64,000 bases of DNA, taken from contig OZ024747.1 in the NCBI GenBank assembly GCA_964016885.1, positions 65,906,001 through 65,970,000 of the forward strand, in the 5' to 3' direction. Below, piece after piece: positions 1-12,376 of this stretch. The DNA is from Eledone cirrhosa. Lineage: Eukaryota. The translations under genes were made by a program, and so were the position numbers. The stretch's first letter is position 1, and each line of letters opens with the position of its first letter. The notes under the pieces are model-generated. The model searched no databases. It was given only the letters and a program-made list of their open reading frames with translations, and was not told where the DNA came from.

Positions 1-150
1 TCTTCTCATAATATTTCCCATCTCAACATGTCTGTATTGATTCGAAATTCACTAATAGATTAGTCAAATTTACGAATTCACTCCGAAACATTTTACAATA
101 ACCTATATGTTTTGTTTGTCTTAGTTCAATAATTCTTAAAGGAATCCATT

Positions 151-151
151 C

Positions 152-247
<96 letters not shown>
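151..247 (+). repeat. (TATC)n microsatellite, upstream target of Tx1 copy 1
   Basis: Pure TATC run ending directly at element sequence (…tatct|gggcccgcg). Confidence 0.95.
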
Positions 248-2860
248 GGGCCCGCGTGACAGAGGCCAACAGTGGAACTAAATCCACCATCCGGTCTTTG
301 CGAGACCTGGATGGACGGGCGATTCTTGAGCCTAAGCAGATGTGTGAGGCCTTTCAAAGGCACTTTGCCCGACTGTTCGGGAGGGGCGGGGAGCCGGTTG
401 GGAACGTGGACTTCGGTCCATACCTCGACGGCCTGCCGCGCCTCTCGGACAGGGAGGCGAAGTCCTGCGAGGAGCCGATTTCGGCGGCTGAGATAGAGGA
501 CGTGCTGAGCCAATGCGGCAAACGCAAATCCCCGGGTCTCGATGGTCTTCCTTACGAATTATATCTAGCTATGCCGAACTTGTTCCCCGATCTCCTCGAG
601 GCGGTCTACTGCAATTGGCAACAGAACGGGAGAATTCCCTGTACTGTGACCAAGGGCGTAGTCACGCTAGTGAGGAAGGACGAGAACTAGGGGGACGATA
701 TAAATAATTTCAGGCCCATAACTCTGCTAAATACAGAGTTACAGATTTTGGCCAAGGTGCTAGCAAAGAGGTTGGCGCTTGTCGTGGGCAACCTGGTGGG
801 AGATGCGCAGACATGCGCTATCCCGTCCAGGTCCATCCATGACAACCTCCACCTCATGCGATGCATCATAGAGAGGGTTGGGAACGAACCCGGCTTTGGT
901 GGGGCTCTGATCAACTTGGATCAATCTAAGGCGTTCGATAGGGTCGACCATGGTTACCTGGATGCGGTGCTAGCGGCGGCAGGCTTCGGACCCGTTTTCA
1001 GGGGCTGGATCACTGCTATGCACAGCAGCCGCATCTGCTCTAGGGTCAAGGTGAACGGCTACCTCTCGGAGCCGTTCAAAATCGCGCGGTCCATCCGACA
1101 AGGGTGCCCTCTCTCCTCCCTTCTGTATGTGTTGACTCTCGAGCCACTACTGCGGAAGTTGGAGTTGTTGCAGGGCATCCTTTTGGAACCGGGATTGCGG
1201 AAAGCGGTGTCGGCCTACGCCGATGACGTGACAGTAATGGTGTCGACGGCCTCCGAAATCGAGGCGGTCGGCACCTTACTGGAGGAGTACGAAAAGCTCA
1301 CAGGGGCTAAGCTGAACCGGGACAAGTCGATCGGTTTGCAACTCGGCACGTGGAGGGGCAGACCGATGCCCTCCGATGGCGTCGTCGGACGCTAGACGGA
1401 GGGCCCGGTGAAGTTGCTCGGGGTCTGGTTCGGACCGGACCTCCAGGTGGAGAAAAACTGGGCGGAGGTTACGAACAGGGTGTTTGCACTGACCCAGAAG
1501 TGGGCCAGTTGCAAACTATCCCTGAAAGGTCGGGCGGAGGTGGCGAACACCTACATAGCGTCCGTCATCTACTACCGCCTGACCGTAGTGCCCTGCCCAA
1601 GGGAAACCCTCACCAAGATGGAGCGCGCGCTCTTCCAATTCCTTTGGAAGAGGCGGGCTCCTATGGTGAGGAGATCCATCTGCTGTCAACACCCTTCGAA
1701 TGGAGGGCTGGGGATGCCGTGGCTAATGATGCGTAAACACGCATTAAGGCTACGGCACCTCTACGTATTCCTCACCGGACAACCGGTGTGGGCCTCGTTT
1801 GTGAGACGAACCTTTCCCAGACTCGTCTCACTCACCGAGCTGCAATCCTGGGTCAAGCAAAGACCGAGAAAACTGAGCGCCTGGCACACTGAGTGTGCCC
1901 AGGCGCTCACCGCCCTCTGGCAGGCGGATCCGGTTATCAGTGGAGACTCCACCGCAACATTCTATAGAGGGCTGGTACGCAGCAGGTGCGACGACGCCCT
2001 CGGAGAAGCCCTAGACATGGAGGAGGGCGAACTGGCCAGCCTGTTCGGTAGGACATTCAGCCCGGGACCTATGGACAACTTCCAGAAGTCCCTGGCCTGG
2101 CAGTGCTACCGAGGGGCTTTACCCGTTCGAGAAAGGCTCTACAGACACGGGCGCCCGGGTAGGGACCCCGCCAAAAAGATCTGTCCCAGATGCGTGTGCG
2201 ACGAGGAAACCGTTGCACACGCATTGGTACACTGCTCGGGCGTAGCCGATCTATGGGGCTATGTCGAACAACTGCTGTCAAGGGTGGGACCGATCCGGTT
2301 GACCACCGAGTCTATTGTAATGATCAAACCGCCTCCCCCCTTCAAAGATGAAGCAGAGGCGGTGTTTCTGTGCGTAATAGCCATGGCGAAAGAGGTTGTA
2401 TGGTGGACGCGTCTGAAAGGACTGAGGTCAGGCACCTTTCTCTCTGGCCAACAACTGGTCCGTTTCTTCCGATATCATTTCGGAAGAAGGATCAGGATGG
2501 AGAGAGAGGTGCTGCACCCCAGCCGTTTCTATGAAAGATGGGTGAAAGTGGCGAGAATGGCCCGTGTGAATGGGCCTTCACTCTACATCAGACTATAGGT
2601 GAGGAAGATGAAAGACCAAGGGAGCACCCCTTCTCTGTGCTCCTGAGGAGAAGGGTTGCACAATTTTTTCGGGGGTGTGTGCGACCTCCCAAGGCGCCTC
2701 CTCTCTATTGAGGATTTTGTTAAAAATTTTATTTTTTGTTATATCTTATTTTATTTTTATATTTTGTTATTGCCTCCTCCTTATTGAGGACGCCTTTTGT
2801 GTAAACTCCCCCCTTTGTACTTGTCCCACTTTTGATGCCCTAGTGGCAAATAAAAGAAAC
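248..2860 (+). mobile_element. Tx1/L1-clade non-LTR retrotransposon copy 1, 5'-truncated (starts inside ORF2)
   Basis: ORFs 256-690, 748-1395 and 1408-2598 are one frame broken by TAG stops. RT motifs KSPGLDG, DQSKAFDRV, RQGCPLS, YADD; C-terminal CPRC..EETVAHALVHC. AATAAA near 2849, then TATC. Confidence 0.93.
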
Positions 2861-2878
2861 ATATCTATCTATCTATCT

Positions 2879-3076
2879 TCGTACTCCTGGAGTTGAGGGT
2901 TGCACATTTTTTGGGGGGTATGTGTTACCCATATAAACTGTCTCCCCCTATTGGGGAAAATCGACTAACTTTTTAAATTACATTTGTGATAACATTTTAC
3001 ACGTTTTTATTGTATGTAAACTTCCCCCTTTGTATTTGTCCCCTTCTTTTGTGCCCCTGTGGCTAATAAAGAAACA

Positions 3077-3077
<1 letters not shown>
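2879..3077 (+). mobile_element. Tx1 3'-UTR-only fragment (copy-3 type)
   Basis: Near-identical to 19527-19725; TATC on both sides. Confidence 0.88.
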
Positions 3078-3114
<37 letters not shown>

Positions 3115-3117
3115 AGT

Positions 3118-3199
3118 ATTTTACACGTTTTTATTGTATGTAAACTCCCCCATTGTACTTGTCCCACTTTTGATGCCCTGGTGGCAAATAAAAGAAACA
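3118..3199 (+). mobile_element. Tx1 3'-tip fragment (chimeric)
   Basis: Terminal ~80 bp with AATAAA between TATC runs. Confidence 0.8.
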
Positions 3200-3212
3200 T
3201 ATCTATCTATCT

Positions 3213-6200
3213 GGAAATTGTGAACTGTAAACTTTCATTTTTGTACCATTTTGTAGAGAGACTGCCAGGTCAGACTTTGATCTGGTCAGTCTCTCAAAAT
3301 ATTCTACGCCTTTAGGCGAAATCGTGTTGTAAAAATTTAATCTTTCGAAAAATTTCGAAAAATCCTATTTTGATAAAAATGGCTGAAGCATCTTCACCAA
3401 AATTCGAAGGAGGAAAGGGGAAGATAAGCTTATAGCTTCCCCCTGCCACTGTCACAGTAGCAGAGGTAAAAAAGAAAGGGCAGCCAGAGGAAGGATTTTC
3501 TCCACCTGTTGACCGACAACTTGACGTTGCCATGGCAACAAACCAAAGAACCAGCGGCACCAGCAACAGCAACAACAACAACAATGCGACGGACGAAAAC
3601 AACACCAATAACAATAACAACAACAACAACAACAACAACAACAATAACTGTGATAACAACAACAATGATAACAACAACACCACCAACTACAACAGCAACA
3701 CAAACAAAAAAAATTTCTCCTTCGCCGAGACGGCAAGGAAAACCCTCGACTATCTGCCAGTAGATATAACCAAAGCGAAGGAGCTACTGGCAGATGCCAA
3801 AAAATATATAGTGTACGGGGAAAATGGTTCATTCACGATCCATTCCCCCCCGGAACTAAAAAGCCAGAGACCCCTAAACACTGTCATGTTTAGGACAATC
3901 TCGAATAAAAGCAAAAAACCAGCTCAATCATCACAGAGTGAGATAGAGCTGGTTTTAAAAGACGTCATGAAGGACATCACCTTCATTCAGACGTATACAG
4001 TAGATGTGATGGTTATTTGCGAGGCCCGGATCAGCAACGTGCGACAGCTGGCCCCCACCTTTGATGACTTTGAGATGCACGCATCTCTCTGTCAGCCCGG
4101 AGGTGGGGGTGGGGTTGTCGTTCTGCTGCAAAAACATCTGGGTCTCGCAACACAGATGGTACATTTGGACCCGGAGGGTCGACTAGTGGTTCTGGACCTT
4201 GGCAGTGGTAAAGGCGGAGCGTTTAGGTTGGTAGCCGCCTACGGCCCTTTCGGGTCAATGCGGTCGGACTTCTTCCATCGTCTGGAGACTTTTCTAGGGA
4301 CGTCCCGCTCCTTGCTATTAGTGGGGGACTGGAATGGTATCCTAGATGCACACTGGGACTACGTAGGGGCCTGTCCCGATAGAGAGGGGTGTAATAGCCT
4401 CAAAGGGTTAATCGGTCGATTTGACCTGGCCGATAGATATCGACTAGATTTTCCGACTGCGCCAACCTGGACTTGGGCAAATCGTAGCGGATCATCTAGG
4501 TCGTACCTAGATAGGTTCTTAGTTAGAATTAAGGATAAGGACTTTTTAAGTTGTCCAAAAAATGCGCATGGTTGGCTATTCAGACCACAAGTTAGTGACC
4601 TGCATGGTCAACCTTGACAGAACTCATAGACAGGGATCCGGTTACTGGAAGCTCAACTTGTCCTTACCGGCAAGTAAGGCTTACAGGGACCGGATTAGCA
4701 CTTTAGTTAAGGAGCGGTTGACGGGCGCCATCGTCAACAGCAGGTGGTGGGGATCTCTCAAAAGAGAGATTAGAGTAGTCTCTATAGAATTTAGTAAGGA
4801 GTTAGCCTCAAATAGAAATAGGAAGGAAAGGGAGTTGGTAGATAGTGTAGAGAGGCAATTAGAAGCGGCGACGTGGCCAGAGTGCTAGCGTTGAGAACGG
4901 CCCTGGGCCAGTTCTTCGACGCGAAACACGAAGGCTGCATCGTCCGAAGCAAAATACGTGCTCTGGGAAACGAGGGGACCAAAGCTGTTAGCTGGGCCCG
5001 CGTGACAGAAGCCAAAAGAGGGAGCAGATCCACTATCCGGTCTTTGCGAGACCATGATGGACGGGTGATCCTTGAACCTAAGCAGATGTGCCGGATTGTT
5101 CGGAAGGGGCGGGGAGCCGGTTGGGGATGTGGACTTCGGTCCATACCTCGACGGCCTGCCGCGTCTCTCGGACAGGGAGGCGAAGTCCTGCGAGGAGCCG
5201 ATTTCAGCCGCTGAGATAGAGGACGTGCTGAGCCAATGCGGCAAACGCAAATCCCCGGGTCTCGATGGTCTTCCATACGAACTATATCTAGCTATGCCGG
5301 ACTTGTTCCCCGATCTCCTCGAGGCGGTCGACTGCAACTGGCAACAGAACGGGAGAATTCCCTGTGCTGTCACCAAGGGCGTAGTCACGCTAGTGAGGAA
5401 GGACGAGAACTAGGGGGACGATATAAATAATTTCAGGCCCATAACTCTGCTAAATACAGAGTTACAGATTTTGGCCAAGGTGCTAGCAAAGAGGTTGGCG
5501 CTTGTCGTGGGTAACCTGGTGGGAGATGCGCATACATGTGCTATCCCGTCCAGGTCCATCCACGACAACCTCCACCTCATGCGATTGGGAACGAACCCGG
5601 CTTTGGTGGGGCCCTGATCAACTTGGATCAATCTAAGGCATTCGATAGGGTCGACCATGGTTACCTGGATGCGGTGCTAGCGGCGGCAGGCTTCGGACCC
5701 GTTTTCAGGGGCTGGATCAATGCCATGCACAGCAGCCGCATCTGCTCTAGGGTCAAGGTGAACGGCTACCTCTCGGAGCCGTTCGAAATCGCGCGGTCCA
5801 TCTGACAGGGGTGCCCTCTCTCCTCCCTTCTGTATGTAATGACTCTAGAGCCACTGCTGCGGAAGTTGGAGTTGTTTCAGGGCTTCCCGTTGGAACTGGG
5901 ATTGCGGAAAGCGGTGTCAGCCTACGCCGATGACGTAACAGTAATGGTGTCGACGGCCTCGGAAATCGGGGCGATCGGCACCTTACTGGAGGAGTACGAA
6001 AGGTTTACAGGGGCTAAGCTGAACCGGGACAAGTCGATCGGTCTGCAACTCGGCACGTGGAGGGGCAGATCGATGCCCTCCGATGGCGTCGTCGGGCGCT
6101 GGACGGAGGGCCCGGTGAAGTTGCTCGGGGTTTGGTTCGACCAGACCTCCAGGTGGAGAAGAACTGGGGTGAGGTAACGAACAGGGTGTTTGCACTGACC

Positions 6201-7563
6201 TAGAAGTGGGCCGAGTGCAAACTGTCCCTGAAAAGTCGGGCGGAGGTGGCGAACACTTATATAGCGTCAGTCATCTACTACCGCCTGACCGTTGTGCCTT
6301 GCCCAAGGGAAACGCTCGCCAAAATGGAGCGCGCACTCTTCCAATTCCTTTGGAAGAAGCGGGCTCCTATGGTGAGGAGATCCATCTGCTGTCAACACCC
6401 TTCAAAAGGAGGGCTGGGGATGCCGTGGCTAATGATACGTAAACACGCATTAAGGCTACGGCACCTTCAGGTATTCCTCTCCGGTCAACCGGTGTGGGCC
6501 CCGTTTGTGAGGCGAGCCTTTCCCAGACTCGTCTCACTCACCGAGCTGCAATCCTGGGTCAAGAAAAGACCGAGAAAACTGGGCGCCTGGCACACCGAGT
6601 GTGCCCAGGCGCTCACGGCTCTCTGGCAGGCGGACCCGGCTGTCAGTGGAGAATCCACCTCGTCATTCTATAGAGGGCTGGTGGTTAGCAGGTGCGACGA
6701 CGCCCTCGGAAAAGCCCTAGGCATGGAGGAAGACGAACTGGCCAACCTGTTCGGTAGGACATTCAGCCCGGGACCCATGGATAACTTCCAGAGGTCCCTG
6801 GCCTGGCAATGCTACAGAAGGGCTCTGCCCGTTCGAGAAAGGCTCTACAGACACGGGCTCCCGGGTAGGGACCCCTCGAAAAAGATCTATCCCAGATGCG
6901 TGTGCGACGAGGAAACCGTTGCACATGCATTGGTACACTGCTCGGGCATTGCCGATCTGTGGGGCTATGTCGAACAACTGCTGTCAAGGGTTGGACCGAT
7001 CCGGTTGACCACCGAGTCTATTGTAACGATCAAGCCGCCTCCCCTCTTCAAAAACGAAGGAGAGGCGGTGTTTCTGTGCGTAATAGCCATGGTGAAAGAG
7101 GTTGTATGGTGGACGCGTCTGAAAGGACTGAGGTCAGACACCTTTCTCTCTGGTCAACAACTGGTCCGTTTCTTCCGATATCATTTCGGAAGAAGGATCA
7201 GGATGGAGAGAGAGGTGCTGCACCCCAGCCGTTTTTATGAAAGAGGGTGAAAGTGGCGAGAATGGCCCGTGTGAATGGGCCTTCACTCTACATCAGACTA
7301 TAGGTGAGGAAGATGAAACATCAAGGGAGCACCCCCTCTCTGTGCTCCCGAGGAGAAGAGTTGTACACTTTTTTCGGGGTGTGTGCGACCCCCAAGGCGC
7401 CTCCTCCCTATTGAGGATTTTGTTATAAAATTTATTTTGTTATATTTTATTTTATTTTTATATCTTGTTATTGCCTCCTCCTTATTGAGGACGCCTTTTG
7501 ATGTAAACTCCCCCATTGTACTTGTCCCACTTTTTGATGCCCTGGTGGCAAATAAAAAGAAAA
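3213..7563 (+). mobile_element. Tx1 copy 2, internally deleted (ORF1/ORF2 fusion), defective
   Basis: 5' UTR, ORF1 ATG at 3379 (TAG at 3433, poly-Asn tract). Jumps in frame near 3995 into the APE domain (LVGDWN, SYLDR, YSDH). RT and CCHC follow with stops and frameshifts; ORF2 stop at 7303; TATC at 7565. Confidence 0.92.
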
Positions 7564-7920
7564 TTATCTATCTATATGTTGTTGTTTGTTGTTGTTGTTA
7601 TTGTTGTTGTTGTTGTTTTTCTTCTTCATCATCATCATCATCACTATCATTAACCAGCTGTCCATTCATCAGCTGACACCCAAATACACATACACGCAAT
7701 CATACACACATAGCCGTACTCACAGACATATACACACACAATCACACACGTACGCATACATACTCTCACATACAACTGCTCATTATATAATGGCCAATTT
7801 CAAATGTAACTGTTCAGAGTTTAATCCCCAAAGAAGAAAAATAAATTGTTTTGGGCTCGTCCTTTGCTAGCTAGAAGAAGTTCCCTCTGTTTCGTCAGGC
7901 TCCAGCTTTGCAATCTTGAA

Positions 7921-8240
7921 TTGAAGAAACCTCGATTAGCCTAGTTTGTGTAATGGGATACGTATGGTTATGAGTGAACCACAGCCTCAGGTTCTCGAAG
8001 CCAAAATACTCACTGGATGTGGTAAGGGAGACATCGTATTTATACCTAGAATACTGCTAATACAAACAGATGTCCCCTTTCGATTCAAACGATTGCAATT
8101 TCCTGTAAGAGTCAGTTAGGCAATGATCATTAACAAGTCAGAAGATCAAACACTGCAGACTGTCGGTCTCCATCTAGAGGAGGGCTGTTTCTCACATGGT
8201 CAATAATTGTACACAGGTTGTTCCAGAGTAGGAAGCATCC
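7921..8240 (+). pseudogene. Helitron RepHel PIF1-like helicase C-terminal relic
   Basis: Manual translation from 7925: RNLD*PSLCNGIRMV…LEAKILTGCGKGDIVFIPRI…FKRLQFPVRVS*AMIINKSEDQTL..VGLHL…FSHGQ*LYTGCSRVG, the PIF1/Helitron motif IV-VI pattern. Not in the ORF track because of stops. Confidence 0.85.
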
Positions 8241-8298
8241 ATATATGCTCCAAAGAATAAAGTTAAAACATTACCGTTTAAACATTATTATTATTGTT

Positions 8299-8410
8299 AA
8301 TCCCGCCGAGGTTAACTTTGCCTTTCATCCTTATGGGGTCGATAAAATAAAGTACCAGTAATACACTGGGTAATTGGTGGCTTTGTGCCAAAAGTAGAAA
8401 CAATTATTAT
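8299..8410 (+). mobile_element. tRNA-derived SINE, 5'-truncated
   Basis: aatcccgccgaggttaactttgcctttcatcc…gtcgataaaataaagtaccag body, repeated many times in the window. Confidence 0.85.
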
Positions 8411-8424
8411 TGTTGCTATGGAGG

Positions 8425-9222
<798 letters not shown>

Positions 9223-9659
9223 CTGTGAAAGCTATTCTATTTTCTAATTTCAAACCTGCTCACTGTTTCAAAACATACTTACTTATAAATATATATATAT
9301 ATACATAATGATGTTGTTGACTGCAATTCGATTTCGAGTAATGCCATAGCTTGATACTTAAGCATGAATATCAAGGGCGTGGCTTATTAATCCTGCTAGG
9401 GACTTGCCTATGGCCAGCAATACCATGCATCGCAAAAAATGTCACATATCAAGCAATGCCAGTGCTTGAAGCTTTTGTAAGTGAGGAAAGGCTTTGCACG
9501 GGGACAGTCCCACTCACTGAACATCGAATGCATTTGCCCCCCAAAAAGAACTGGTCTACATCATTGGATGCAAAGGAAATCGTAAGTCTTATATTAAAGC
9601 GATTTTTCCCTAGAGACTAGGAGTCTCTTACGCCACGAAAAAAAAAAATTATTGGATAG

Positions 9660-9842
9660 CCATTGACTCTCCTGAGTTCCTCAGCCCTTTGACGGGTTTT
9701 GTTTTCATCCTGCAGGGTGTCCAAATTCACCCTCTTTCCCAAGCAGGCTTGGTGGGGTTGCCCGTTTAGTCGCCAACGACCCGGCCATGCACAGGTTGTA
9801 CTGGATTACATGTTACCTGTAGCGCTGAAGAGTGACCTGGCA
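9660..9842 (-). mobile_element. Dispersed repeat, RTE-like 5' region (copy of 12376-12545)
   Basis: Reverse complement aligns with 12376-12545 (ccaggtcactct…gtaacatgtaa…ggcgactaaa…ggacaccctgcagga). Confidence 0.6.
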
Positions 9843-11033
9843 TATACATACATACATGTGTTTGTGTATTGTCTACAAGCTGTAACTCTTGATTCGCCTT
9901 GTGTAGCATGAGAAGACAAACGTTAATATTGCTTGTTGACTGTAACTAGTCTGTAATGTAAAACATACTTTGTTCAGTGGAAGGTCAGGCGGTTTTAGAA
10001 TACTTTCCCACTTCATACACTTTCTAAATACCAAAATATTTACAGAAATATCTACCCACCAAAATATTTACAGAATTATCGCCTCTTTGTCAATGAAAAT
10101 TCTCTTTGCATCTAACATACGACCTTTCATAAAGTCACGATGGTTCACGTTGACTACATACTCACTCATACACACATATAGACGCATACAGACGCCCCAC
10201 CCCCCATACACATAAATATATATCATATAGATATGTGCCCATGTGTGCATATAGATATGCACACATACATGGGCATATTGTTGTTATGATACTATGGTTA
10301 GATACTGCCCGTTTCAGATGGCATCTTACTTTTCATTACTTGCTCTTGTGTCAGCGTTCACCAAGGATAGGTAGAGCCAGCTCCATTCAGTGAATCCATA
10401 GCATCACAAACAGAGAAAGAGAGGCTGCCTATGCATGATGATCACAGATGTCAGGTACAGATATTGTCAATTAGACACGATTTCAATGGCAGACACAGCA
10501 TATGCAGGCTCCAACAAGTACAACTACAGAATGGCGAAGAGAAGTCTTGCATGCACGGCGATCACTAACGTCGAATGTGAATATTGTCAGCCTTTCACGA
10601 TTCCAAAGGCAGACAGCATATATGCGAGGACTAGGTATTAACTGAGGTGTCCAGTGAACCGTTTGCACCATCCTGGGAAGGACTCTGATATGACTGCATG
10701 GTAGATGAGTTCACCTCAAAGCGGCAGAGTATGTGACCAAATCAACAGAGATAAATTTTGAGATGGTGTTGTTGGAAGGAATCGATCTGACGGCAAGGAT
10801 TCATCTTTTAACTTCTCTAAATATTGGTATTCCACATTTACCAACGGTCCAAGATATAAATATATTTGTCTGTTGTTATAGTATCATGGCTGACTTTGAT
10901 TACTTGTTTCATGACTGGTAAACATTATGGTTATATTTCTTCATATATATTTTTATTTCCACTTTGATGCTTGCATTATTCTGTTCATTTTGTATTTGTT
11001 CCAGTTCATGAGAGGCGTATATATATATATATA

Positions 11034-11092
<59 letters not shown>

Positions 11093-11291
11093 ATATATAC
11101 ATTTGTGTGTATGTTCGTATGTATATGCACATACATACATACATACATACATACATACATACATACATACATACATACATACATACATACATACATACAT
11201 ACATACATACATACATACATACATTCATACATAATACGTTGGTGTATTTGCAGCAACATATCTTTTATATTGTATATTTTGTAGCCGTTGC

Positions 11292-11344
11292 AGTGTTGCA
11301 GTTATGTATTGTTTAAACTTTAAACAATACATAACTGCAACACT
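11292..11344. repeat. Perfect 26-bp hairpin palindrome
   Basis: agtgttgcagttatgtattgtttaaa-c-tttaaacaatacataactgcaacact. Confidence 0.9.
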
Positions 11345-11501
11345 TTAAACTTTAAAGCGATTGATAAACAATAGGAAAAAATGATGAGTAAAAAAAATGT
11401 CAAATTAGCTTAAAAGGGTCTATGTGTTTTGTTGGTTTAGGTTTTATCTGTGAACTGTATACGTATATATGTATACATACATAAATTATATATATATATA
11501 T

Positions 11502-11547
<46 letters not shown>

Positions 11548-11909
11548 TGATAGGTAAATAGTGGTTAGATAGATGGATAAATCGAAAGATAGGTGAAATA
11601 AATACATAAATAAATGGGCAGACAGACGGATTGATGGATAGATAGCCAGAAATATATAGATATATGATAGATACGTATTTAACCGCCTATCTACCAACTT
11701 ACACACACACACACACATATATTTAAATATATAGTTCAGTATTAAAATCTGATCCAAGCCATTTTATACTAATTCGCTATTTCGTCTCTGTCATTTTTGT
11801 CGTTTCGTTTCTCACATTGTTTTAAGCAGTACATAACTGTAACGACTACCAAAGCCACGCATATAAGTATATACATATACATACATACATATATATATAT
11901 ATGTATATA

Positions 11910-12180
11910 TATAAAATAAAATAAATAGGTCAAATATTTAAAATTTGGCTTCGTTTATTAAAGGTTTAGTGCTATATATATCTTCAGGCAGTCCGAATTG
12001 GTGTGGTATTGACGGAGTTAAACACCTTAACAACATGTGTACCCGTCTCTACCACACCAATTCGGACTACCTGAAGAGGTCACGGCCAAAGATGGCTGTC
12101 ACCGAAATATATATAGCAGTAAACCTTTAATAAACGAAGCCAAATTTTAAATATTTGACTTATTTATTTTATTTTATATT
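11910..12180. repeat. Penelope-like inverted pseudo-LTR relic
   Basis: ~11910-12008 is inverted at ~12048-12180; the right arm carries a hammerhead ribozyme. Confidence 0.75.
12066..12120 (+). ncRNA. Minimal type I hammerhead ribozyme
   Basis: actac-CTGAAGA-ggtcacggcca aaga tggctgtcacc-GAAA-tatata-TA-gcagt. Core intact; stem III palindromic; stem I has one mismatch that the inverted arm shows as actgc. Confidence 0.78.
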
Positions 12181-12288
12181 ACTCCGGAGTAACCAAACCA
12201 ACCTGCGCACTTCGTCGAGTGCTCTAATCTGCATTCTGAGGTGTCGGTAAACAACCAACATATACTCAAAATATATGTATATATATAT

Positions 12289-12375
<87 letters not shown>

Positions 12376-12376
<1 letters not shown>

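Noticed and set aside
10909-11316. Many ORFs rich in YI, CV, HT, YLSI or MYVC (also ~8545, 38100, 49736, 55560, 63766)
   Set aside because: Translations of microsatellites, not genes.
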